Below, one piece after another: positions 35,693 to 53,394 of a stretch of DNA of 64,000 bases (position 1 is its first letter; each line of letters begins with the position of its first letter). Position numbers and translations under genes: made by a program. Under the pieces are notes generated by a model. That model searched no databases. It saw nothing but the letters and a program-made list of their open reading frames with translations, and was not told where the DNA came from. Where the stretch lies: the NCBI GenBank assembly GCA_051362555.1, contig CM120641.1, positions 43,530,401 to 43,594,400 on the forward strand. The letters are read 5' to 3'. Source of the stretch: Lingula anatina. Its lineage: Eukaryota > Animalia > Brachiopoda.

Positions 35693-36812
35693 AATGTGAC
35701 TTGAGGATTACTGTTAGTGTTACCAAGAGGCCTCCTTCACCAAAGCCTCGTACAGTATTTGATCACTAAGTGCAGGTCAGATTTCTTGCCGTTCAAAGTT
35801 GTCTTTTGTCAGTTTTTACGTTAGGAGGGCTCTTTTGGGTCAATTTTGAATCAACCTTGAAATTAGGAAGCCGTTTACATCCCATAAGGATGTAGTTGGC
35901 TGTTGGCCACGGGGAAATCCTGTCGGCAACGGACCTGCCGCTATTTTTGGTAAAATGTGATTGTCGGAAGTGAAGTCTGATGCCGGAATGGACTAGACGA
36001 ACTAACTCTATGTGCGGTTTCATTGCAATTGATATCTCAGTCTGTGGCATTCGAAGCTGACGTTTTTTAAAAATTTCATTCAGAGCTCAGATGGACAATA
36101 GGGCTTTTGCAGCTAGATGACTAGATGCTGACTTCTTTGTTTACTGTAGAGCTTGCTTTCCAGTATTCTTTTTTTTTTTTTTTTTAGCTATTCACCTGGT
36201 TTCAATAGATCTACTGACAAAAAAGTTGTTGAAGCGGATGATGGAATCGGAGGAAAAGGCAAAACTTAATTGAAAGATATTCAGGAAGCACTCAGATAAT
36301 CTATCTGAACAAATTTTAAACACATGGTATGTCTCATTTTATTTCAACAAAATGAATGAGAGAATAAGTACCAATTAGAAAGGCACTCAGAGAGCACAGA
36401 CCTGCCCTGGCCACTCAATATTCATTTATATTAACTGTTTATTAACTAGTTAATCAATAAAGTTAATATCTAACTTTTCATTATAATTATTATTTATCAT
36501 TAGTTATTAAAATTACACATTTCATTCCAGCTTCAAGTACCAAGTGGTCATCAATGAAGCCTTTGGAAATTATTTGGGTAATGTGAATTTGTCTGTATAG
36601 TAGCCATTTTCTTTAATTTTTGATTTTTTCCTTCACAAATGAAGTTCACCAATTTCCATCTCCATATTAAAATGAGAAACTCGGATCACATAAACTGGTT
36701 TATTGATAATATTTTGAGCAGCTTTGGCTATGAAGTACCTTGGTGATTATGGGTAAATTGTTGACATTTCCCCCCAAAAAAATTCATCTATACAGAGGTA
36801 AAAGACTCCTAG

Positions 36813-39800
36813 TAGTCCAGGAATTTGGTGAAAAATTGTGCATTTTTTACCTACAAGCATGAAATATGGCACACTTATGGACAATGAAATTCTAACCATA
36901 TTTGAATATATGGGCATGTCTGAAAATTCCAAAATGGCCGTCAAATCCAAGATGGCCGCCAAAATACCTTTTTAAAATTAAAACTTTAAGTACATAGTCT
37001 TCTAATAACTTAAAATATCATATAAAGGTTAAAATCCTTCAGGTGTAAATCCTTCATGGTATAAATCCTTCAGGTGTATAAAATCCAAAATGGCCGCCAA
37101 AAGTAAAAAAGCAGGCCATTTATTCAAGATACCCATTAGAATGGTGAATTAATCATGCACTTAAAACTACAAGCAAAACGTTTGGCACATTTGTGGAAAA
37201 TGAAATTCTGAGCAAGTTTGGATGTATGGACATGTTCGAAAATTTAAAAATGGCCGCCAAATCCAAGATGGCCTACAAAAATACAGCTTCTACTTAAATC
37301 TTCAAGTATATAGTCTTTAAATGGCTTAAATATCATATAAAGGTTAAAAACACCACAGTATGAATTCAGCATCCATATCTGCTTCTTTAGGTGCATTAAA
37401 TCCAAAATGGCCGCCAATAGTAAAAAGCACTCTACTAATCCAAGATATCCAGCATAGTGGTGAATTCATCAAAAACTACAAGCATGGCATTTGGCACAGT
37501 TGTAAAACGGGATTCCAAGCACTTTTGGATATATGGGCATGACTAAAAATTCCAATATATGGCCCCCAAATCCAATATGGCCGCCACACATACCCGTTTA
37601 AATTAAAACTTCAAGTATATAATCCTATAATAGCTTAAGATAACATTTTATGGTTAAACAAAACTATGGTATGCATGAAGCATCAATATTTGCTTCTTTA
37701 GGTGTATAGAAATCCAAAATGGCCCCCAAAAATTAGAAAACAGACAACTCACAGCAGCAGTATGGTGAATTCATCATGCATTTAAAACTACAAGCATGAA
37801 AATTGGCACAATTGTAGAGAACAGGATGTTAAGCAATTTTTTTATATAGGGACATGTCTGAAAATTCTAATATGGCCACTAAAACCCTTTGAAAGTATAA
37901 ATTCTATGTCATAATCTGACTTATAACAATTTTTAATCTTTTTTCGTTTGAAAACAGAGCTCAGTTTAGATGAATTATCAAAAACCGCTCCTTTAGTTAT
38001 ATTAAGATCCAAATGACCATAAAAAGTGGAACAGGACTCCTTTTGGTCCAGTTGTGACACCACATGCAGCAATTATGTAAATGCCAAGGATATGAAAATG
38101 TCAAGGTATTTTCACAAATAAGTTTTCAAGTGGGTGTTGCACATTTTATGGGCGATCAACCTATTACTTTAGTAAATGGACAATATCTCAACAGAGGATA
38201 ACAGCTAGCTACACCGAAATTTCTACTTATTTGGTTAAATAATTTTCATTCATTAATGTGTGCCTAGCTTTAGTTGTGTTTCCCTCTGCTTTCCTAGAAT
38301 TTGCCTAAAGCTATAGCTTCTACATGTAATCCACTTTCCCCAACAAAATACCAAGAGGCATTGGTCATTTTTAACACCAGAAAGCATCAGTTTACATGCA
38401 TGAGGGGCAATAGGAATATGAAAGTGTGGTAGGGCATATAAGTACATGTAGGCTACTAGTGTGAACCCATATAGGACCAGTCTTCCAGTGCTTCTGACTC
38501 CCCTCACCACAGTTAGCAATTGCACACATAATTACAAACAAATGTGGTAGGAGCTACCTGCAAAAGGTAAGTTTTGTTATCTGGGTAAGTGAATACTCCA
38601 CATGGCTTCATTCTGGATTGTCCCACAGAGTCAATGATGCCGGAAATCTTGATGAATTTTTACCTTTCAAAGTCCATATTGCAGTAATTTCTTTATATGT
38701 ATTAACTTTCTGAAACATTTTAATTCTTTTGTTATCATGTTCAGTTATTTGAAAGTATAAGTTTGTAACTAAACAAGTCGCCAAATGATCAAATGAAAAC
38801 CAAAGTTTGGCGCCTACCAGTACTTCTTTTTAGTGCACGAAGTTTGAAGCCTGCAATGCAACTCTTGGATACAGCACGTATCAACACCTGCCCTCTGTTT
38901 GGGGTATTTCTTTGCTCATAAATTTTCACTAAATTCTCGGTAGCCATTACTGCAAATGTACTAAATCCATTTCTTGAAATTAGAAGCTTTTCTAATTTAC
39001 TTTTGAAGCACAAGATAACATCATAAGATTACCAAGTGCAAATGTGCTCCTGCTTTTAGTACTTTACCAATGCACTACACCAAATTGTTGAGACCTGTAT
39101 GTTTGATTAGCTGTCATTTTTGTTATATTTGTGAGCATTTGATGAAGCGCCATGCACTGAGCTAGCTGAAGAATCATAACCAACAGATAAAATTGGTACA
39201 CATGTATACCCCAAGCTTTTTTTTTATATTTGCCTCTTTGAGGCTAAGTTATTTTTGTGTTTCTTTCACATTTTATGGATTTTGCACGATACTTTTTTTT
39301 CTTAGAAAGGGGGAGTTGCCCATGAATGCCATATAAGTAGATCACTAACTGGGAATTGATCTAAATGAGAATCTAAAGCAAAAAGCCAAACTACTTATTT
39401 TGGTTTAGCAAAAAAAGGACTGTTTTCAGTACATAATAAATGTATCATGCTTGATGCTTTTTTACAAACTCTGTAGAATAGCTCCTGCACAAGTAGGAAT
39501 ATGCTGATTATACAGGTAGTTGCAAAGCCCACGTGCCTTTTCACGATTGATTACAATTCAATACTTGTGGCCCACTGACTTTTGGAGGCCATTTTGGAAT
39601 TTTAAAACCTAAAATGGCAGATACTGATGCTACATACATACTGTGGTATTTTCTAACCATTAGATGATATTTTCATCAAAGACTATACAAATAACTTTCA
39701 CCTTGAAAGGGTATTTTGGGGGCCATATTGAAATTGACTGCCATATTGGAATTTTCAGACATGCCCCTATATCCAATGTTGCTTAGAATCATGTTCTCCA

Positions 39801-40196
39801 GAACTGTGCCAATTTTTATGCTTGTAATTGTAAGTGCTTGATGATTTCACAAAACTACTGCATACTTTGAGTAAGTAGACTGCTTATTTTACTTTTGGAG
39901 GCCATTTTGGAATTCTATACACCTGTAGAAGCAGATATTGATAATTCATTCATAGCATGATATTTTCCAGCTATAAAATAATATTTTAAACCATTATAGG
40001 ACTATATATTAGAGGTTTTCATTGAAAAGAGTATTTGTGGTGGCCATATTGGATTTGGCGGCCATATTGGAATTTCCAGACATGCCCATATATCCAAAAT
40101 TGCTTAGATTTCATTCTCTACCACTGTGCCAAATTTCATGCTTGTAGGTAAAAAATGCACAATTCAGCCTTTTTTCTGCACCAAATTCTTGGACTA
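36813..40196. mobile_element. Academ-like DNA transposon, non-autonomous or decayed (3.4 kb)
   Basis: Termini tagtccaggaatttggtg / caccaaattcttggacta (TAG..CTA ends); 3-bp target duplication TAG (36810-12, 40197-99) against the empty site actcatagcatg at ~22708. Long inverted arms built from ~310-bp units rich in aaaatggccgcc; central 1.6 kb without an intact ORF. Superfamily is inferred from ends and TSD length. Confidence 0.82.
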
Positions 40197-40349
40197 TAGC
40201 ATGATTTTTAAAGCATATAAATGTTGCTTCATGCGTCTAATCTAGAACAAAACTGTTCAACTTGATGTCAGTATAACAATTTGGAGTGTGTCATGAGTGC
40301 ATAACTGTGTTTGTCATATATTGATTGCAAAGATTTTTCATTATTTCAG

Positions 40350-43300
40350 TGTCTACTATATAATTTTTATTTTGCTGTTTTAATCCATGACACAGCATGT
40401 GGTAAGTAACAGTCTGTCTCTCTCTCCCTCTCCATTATTATTGTTTAACCTATTGTATTTGTTTATCTATTTCCAAGACAACAACAATGCTAAATCAAAG
40501 TAAAAAAGTAAACTTTAAAGTAGCAAGTGAAGAAATGTGTAATTTAGCACTACCATGGTTCCTGTTATGAAAAAACTGAATATATTCTTTTATAACTTGC
40601 AGCTGGAATTTGCCCAGAGCCCCGTTTAGAAAATGGCTACATCACTAACCCCCAATCCGTTTACCCTCATGGGACATATATAAACATAAGACCAAATCAA
40701 GGATACTGGTTGGCGGTTGGGAGACTTGCTTCATACTGCAATAATAATGTTTGGACTAGGCTACCAACCTTTACAGGTACCATATATATATGCTATTTGT
40801 CATATAGTCATATTTTTCATACAAATTCTGCAAAGCTACTAACCTTTTCCAATTCAGACCTACAAAACTATAAAACCCCTCCTTCATTTAAATTTTAAAT
40901 GACTGACAAGTATTGTAGAACTTAGTCTGAATTTAAGTACAATAACATATTTAATTGTGGAGAGCAATGATTTGTGAGAAGGACAAAATTGCTTTTTTCC
41001 TGAAGTAAAATTCATTTTAGCAGGTAAATATATATTTGTTGAGTACCTTTATATTAAAAATTGTTGAGAATAAATTCGGTAAACAACCTAACACAGATAC
41101 AAAATTCTTAGTTTAAATGTTATATAATGATTATGTACTTTTCAGTACTGCCATGTGTCACACCCCAGCCATTTGCTAATGGTGGCATAGTAACCCGAGG
41201 ACCCTACGTTCGTAATCAAACTGTACTGGCTCGGTGTGCACCTGGCTATGTGGCTGAGAATGGTCTGCAGAATGTTAATGTCACATGTTATATTAATGGA
41301 ACCTGGGATCCCATGCCTCTCTGTTCAGGTACTGTTGTTGAAAGTGCAAAACTTTGATTTTTATAATTTTGGAAATTGAAATTTGGAAGTCGTTAAGAAT
41401 ACTGTTTTTATATTATAAAGGTAGGTGTACCAGCTTATAATAAACCCCTATCCCTCAGGAATTACCAACCATCCTGTTGCTCTGCTCCATGTTTGACTGC
41501 AATATGCAGGTATGGACCCGATAACAGGCCTTTGACAGAAGCTACACCATCCTACACGGTACAAATGGAACATTCATGCCTGTTTCAAAGCCATTACCTG
41601 CATGTGTCAATTGTTACCATAACTACATATACCCCTTCCTTTATAAAACTCACATTAAAATGAATGTCCACAGTTATTATGGTACTAATTTAAAAACTGG
41701 TGGTGCTCTTAATATAACATAAATATAAAACATGTTGTGCACTATTTTTTATTTTTTTATTTATTGGTTGTTGCTCATTTAAGACTGCTTTTATGTTACT
41801 ACATCTATACCAGTTTAAACACATTTTATATGTCTGTCCTAATGACAGTTTTGCTGCCTGGTTTCTATTAATTAAGAAATTCTGAAACTGAGGCTTAGTG
41901 CTCCCTTCAATTTTTTTTTCAAGTTAGGGTATTTCATACAAAAACCTCACTGTTATTTGACATCCCTATGTGTTTCTCTTTGTAGCACTACAAGATCTTT
42001 CCGGTAGGTACGCAATTCTCAGGTAAAGAGTCTATATTTTAAGGAGTATGTGTGACATCCATGTGCCTGTCTGTCAGTGCATATTTGTCTGTCTGTACTA
42101 GCAAAACTATTAAGTTTTACTCATGTTGATATCTTTCATGACTGTAAGGATTAACACCCAGATGGTGCCAGAATTCTATGTTAAAGGAAAGACCTGGGTC
42201 AGAACAGTGTCAGTGATTTATACTTCGGTAATTCAGCAAGGGTCAACAATCAAAACCATGAATAAAGGTGTGTTTAATAAAGATGAGATATGTTCAGGAT
42301 TTAAAAGAAAGAGTCATATAATTTTTTCATCATAAATGATGTACTTCTTAGGATAGAAAAATAAATAATAAATAGAATGTTTGTCTATTTCAGCCACATA
42401 TCGCTGTGGAGTGAACCCTAACGAAGTAATAATGATAGTAAAAAATAACAATAACTACCAGGATGCTTACATACCTGGCTATAAAGATGATGGGAGTTGC
42501 CAACCAGATTTTAGTATGACGCCAGGAGGCTGGACACATGTTGCATTTCGACTAGCAGAAGGAACATGTGGAATGGTGACAAAACCAGTAAGTGATGCCT
42601 ATTTTTCCATACAGGTTTTTTGTCCTCAAAATTTTGGGGGTCCCACTAGCTTTGATGGCATGAATCCATCAGTGAATACATTCTTTCACCATATCCCTAC
42701 TTTATCTCAATTTATTTCTGGTGTTCTTTATCAAGCTCAAAAATCATACATTAAAAAAATCTAGCACCTAAAACTAAGGAAAATTAACAGTTTATATAAC
42801 TGAAGTGTGAATATCAGTTAAACCATACTTTCTCTGTTTAAATATGTGTAAAAAAATTGCTGGTTTTTAAGGCTATGACAGATGGAAACTACAAAGGGTA
42901 ATACATTTTCAGAATGGTTTAAAAACATGGAGTGTTTTAGCCACATACAGCCTTGTCATAGAGCAACACACTGATGTTGAATTCACCACAGATCCAGGGT
43001 GCAATTTCACTGCAGAAGAGACAGAATTTGTAGAACTAACATCAGTTCGTGTGCAGAACATGTATGTACAATTAAATTTTATTGTTATAGATAAATTTTG
43101 TTTTAATTAAGTGATACTCTTGATTATAAAAGAATGTACAGATGTTTGTATATGGGCCAATATGCCAGTTGAAATTCAAATTCCAGCAGATTTGTAGTCA
43201 GCCTAGGAAAGTAACATATATTTAATATTTTACGTCTGCCTATAGTAATATATGTGTTGCTTTATCACATTTGATAATTTTCTCATGGTTATGTACGTCG

Positions 43301-46257
43301 TACATTTAGTAGCTTTGCTGTAGTTAATTTTTTTGCTAAACAGAGCTTACATGTTTTCTTGGCATTGGTTTCTTGGTACTGAAGGGACTCTGGTTTTCTG
43401 TATATTTATTCTTTCCATTTGTCATTGCTCCTTGAAAAGTTTAAAAGTGCGATTTCATTTTTATTTAGGATTCTTGCATGGACAAACTACACATCTCTTA
43501 ATAAATAATTAAAGTAACTCAAATTAAGCTTCCTTCAACAAGAAACATACACTTTGAATTCTTCATGAATAAACCCAAAACATCCATAAGTATCTTACCC
43601 ATTCATTTCATCTACTTTCACATTAATTACAACTGAGACCCTCAGATAGACACATTGTACTAGTTAGGTCAGTTCAACTGTTTGGGAATTCTTGCTAAGT
43701 GCATTCATTGGAATCAGCCTAATTGTCTGACATGCCTCTTTCAGCAATTTGGGGGTAATTAAGCCAGGAACACATGAAAGTAATTACCCCTGATCAAGCT
43801 GCTCAAGGAGGCGTGTCATTAAGTAAAGCAGAATGCACTTATTGAGAGTCCCCCCCCCCAGGGTTGGACCGCCCCAACTAGTACCCTATGTCTATCTGAA
43901 TGCTCCCTGAGACAAGCTGTGGTTTTTGTTTTCAAGTACTTTCCTGTATCTTAAATTATATCAGCTCTCGTGGTGGAGATAGATTTATACTGGAAACGGG
44001 ACCATCTCTTAGGTAATGATGTTTACTAGTGGTAATTTAGTTGTCTCGTCTAGTATTAATGGACACTGTTCTTGAGGTATTGTTGAAAGTGTTTTATAAG
44101 AGTTTGAAAAATGAATAAGTGCATGTGTGTAAAATGTGTGTACAAGAGTGACATCAAGAGTGCATGATAAGATAAAAGCAAAACAGCAGGGAAAAATAAC
44201 AATGAAATAGTATTCTCTAGTACATGTTCTATAATTGGAAATGGCATGTCCCTGCCATTTGATTTACCTGGCATTTTATCAGTTTTTTCCATAACTTTGA
44301 AAAATTATTAATTTTTTTATAACAGCACCTTCCAACAAGGAGTTGCTAATATAGCAGGAGAAACTGTAACTATGGTAATGAAAAAAGCAAGCGATGGGAA
44401 TGACACCAAAAGTTGCTACCTTGGCGAAGAGGTTCTGCTTGCCATGACCCTGACAGAATCAGACAGTAATCAAGCCCATTCATAAGGCCATTTAAAAAAT
44501 AAAGCAATACATACATTTTTTATTTAACATCCTTTTACAAATTTCTGTATTGTTTGATCTCAATGAAATCCATCCATAAGGCTATTATGAGCTTTCCTTG
44601 GATACCTCAAATACTGAGTTTTTATTTTGAATAAATGCAGTTTAAATATTTAAACCTTTGCATGTTTTATTCTTAATATGCAAATAAATCACAAGAATTA
44701 CCTGCTCTGCTGTAAAGTGAGAGTGCCATTACAAGTGAAAATGAAATTTTGCCTGATGTTTTTTTTGCAGCTGCCTGGGGGATCAAAGTTTATCAGTGTA
44801 TTGTAAAACCAACAAGAGATTCACCAAATAATGAAACATTTGTTCTTTTGAATGATGAAGGGCAAGTTTATTGAATTAAATGAGCGGCAACTTTATGAAA
44901 CTCTACAAGTAAAAATTGTAAAATGGTTTTATTCTTTAAGTTATTTTAATATTGAAAAATATTCAAAATTCTTTAAGTTATTACCGGTAAATATTCAAAT
45001 GTTTTCTTGGAAGTAATTTCAAGTTGTTTAGCAACAGGTAAACAAATATTCCCATTTTTCATATTTCTGTAAAAGTTTGTGGCTGAAATATCAATGTTAT
45101 GTCTAATATTTTTACAGCTGTCCTGATGATGGGCAATTCATAGATGCCCCATTTCACGGCCAGCTGGGCCAAGGAAAAACTATTGAAAGTGGTTCATTCA
45201 AGTGTTTCAAATTTCCAGAAAAAGAAACACTATATTTCAACTGTGAGATTGGATTTTGCACCTCACAACATCAAAGGTGTTATCTGGTAAATTCTTACTT
45301 GAATGCATTTATAACATTAAGCGTTATTATCATCAAATAATTTGGCAATCTGTGGAGAATTGGATATATTAAATACATATGTAAAGACATATTGGCATAG
45401 TCAGATAAAATTACTGAATGATGAAAATAAGATAAATTCTGACTATATGACATTATACCAGTTGTCAAGAGTATAACCATTAATCATTAGCTTTCTGAAA
45501 TGGACAGTTGTAGCCAATGGACAGTTGTAGCCTTGGCTACGAGTTATAGCCAAGGCAAATGGAAAAATTATCACAGAATAATTCACCCAGTTTTGCTCTA
45601 GTTTAAAGACTCAGAAATTTAATTTGTGAAAATGACATTTGCATTGTTTTACATAAGATATTTGAATGTCTGTCCTTAAATCATTATCAAATGCACAATA
45701 TTGAGTTTATATGTAACTTTTTTCAGGGTCCTGACAGCTGTCCATTCCATGAGAAAAGGATTTCTTTAGCTGACAGGAAAAAGAGATGGGTGACCAAGGA
45801 AAACGTGCATTTTGCTATTAGCTTACAAGTTTCTGTCACCAAAAATCCTAGCATAAATGTTTTCAGTAACAATGAAGGTAATAAGAGACTTATGCACACT
45901 ATCAGGTGCCTTGTAATCTAATTTTTCCCAATTCTCAAGTATAAAAATTAAGTTAAATGCGTCTTCTTTGTAACTTTTTAATAAATGAAATGTTACAAAT
46001 CTTTCAGGGACCATATTTTAAAAGACAGATGGTCTTCTGTGAAAATAACTAAAGTATTTTTTATTACAGAAAAAATGACGGTTAGACCAAAATCCAGAAT
46101 GTCAACAATTTTCACAGTGTCAACTATTGCCGTGGTGTGTCTCATTCTAACAGCAGGAATCATTATCATCATCGTCATACCTCTACGAAAGTGTAGAATT
46201 TTGCCAGCCATTAAAAACAGATGTTCCAATACAGCAATCTCAGGGTCATTGCTATAG
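40350..46257 (+). CDS. Sushi(CCP)x2 + ZP-domain type I membrane protein, copy 3 (start codon exon unresolved)
   Basis: Exons 40350-40401, 40603-40776 (2-Cys CCP-like), 41146-41328 (CCP), 41986-42003, 42394-42587, 42913-43061, 43965-44012, 44326-44465, 44771-44861 (followed by GC donor gcaagt), 45118-45286, 45727-45877 (RKKR), 46070-46257 (TM). Same exon lengths as copy 2. Confidence 0.87.
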
Positions 46258-47858
46258 CAAAACTGTTCAAATTCAAGTCCTAGAACTCTCCCAATATATA
46301 ATGTGAATTAATGGTCTTTCTAGAGAAAAATATTATTATTATGATTAAAGTTATTATTTATCATCATTATTATCAAGATATCCACCATGGGCTCATTTAA
46401 AATGGGACGTTCCCTTTGTGCTAATCAAAATGCTGTAGCATCCTTGAGGACTACGAATGTATTGTATGCAGCACCAGTCCTGGGAGAAATTTTCCAGTTC
46501 ATGTCAAAACTTCTCTGGTCTTCATGTCTATAGTGTATCTGATACCGCACATAATTGTGAATTAAATGATTGACTTGCATACACCATTGTATAAATTGTG
46601 ACACAGAAGCACAGACATGTTACAGAGCACAGAATGCACCCCCCCCCCCCCCCCTTGTTAACCTGGCAGTTTTATAAAGGGATGACCAACAATTGTTAAT
46701 TTTTTTCCTATCTTTAAATTGCTTGAAAAATGAGAACAAACACAAAAGTTAGTATGTAGCACCATCTATGATGTATTGCATTTATGTGAGATGTTTGAAA
46801 ATAAATAATCGCTTATGTTAAGTCTTGGCAAATGACAAGAACAAGTAAAACTGAGGATATGATGACATAAAATACAGCTTCCACTTAATAATAACATGTA
46901 CTTTTTTATGTGCTATTTTCTAGAAAATAATTCCTAGTGAAATTATGATATTACTGATGAACTCTTTTGAAATAATATTATTTTACAACTTGCAAAATGA
47001 CTGCCATAAACAAATGTGAACAATTTTATAGCATACATCACTGTCCAGCTGTGTGAAAAATGCCAAAGCAACTTGCTGATAACATGGTCACATAATTTCT
47101 ATAAGAACAAGTACAAAACCATATGATTGAGCAAGAAAATGGCTTTGACTATAAGCCATAAACCTCAGACTGACTGAATTAAATATCTGTTCAGGGATGT
47201 ATGTCAAACTTTTCCATCAAAATGGCAAGTTTTAGAATTGACAGCCAGTATGTACCAATTATACTTATCCCGAGCAGTTTTTGCCAGCTGTTAAAGGAAA
47301 CATTTGCAAACAAGGTACTAATCAGACAAAGGCTGCTACAAGTTAATTATGTGATTAAGACACATTTGACTTCAAAATCACTCAATGTTAGACTTTTATG
47401 TAGCTAAAATGTACCCTCTCCTGGAAATTTCAGCACTTTAATCACCAATATATAGCCATATTCAGAACTACTGACAAAACATAAGCTTGTTATGGTGTTC
47501 CAATCTTCTAGATTTTGAGGCACTCTTGCTATGAAGATGGAGACTGGTAAATTTCACCCATTACAGCAAAAAGTAAGAATTAAAAAAAAAATCAAAAATG
47601 TATTCAAAGATTCTAATTTTCCAGGTATAGGATAGATTATATTTTGAAAATAAGGGAAAGCACCTTTTTTTTCTTTTGCTACATCAAGGCCTGACATGCA
47701 TTGTCTTTGTTTTTTGGGGCACAAGTTGTATGGCATTTGGTTTAATAGTAGCTTAGCCATCCATTCAATTATTTAACATGGAACCTGTCACATGGGCTGA
47801 ACTGATATACATTGGAATGAATGTATGTGACCTCCAACACTTAATCTTTGTTCTTCTG

Positions 47859-53394
<5,536 letters not shown>

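Noticed and set aside
2163-46257. Tandem copies as a pure assembly artefact (uncollapsed haplotypes)
   Set aside because: There are three copies plus an older fourth, each with private insertions and very different CCP1 exons, and the spacers carry a decayed rather than intact UBA5 segment. Long-read confirmation is still advisable.
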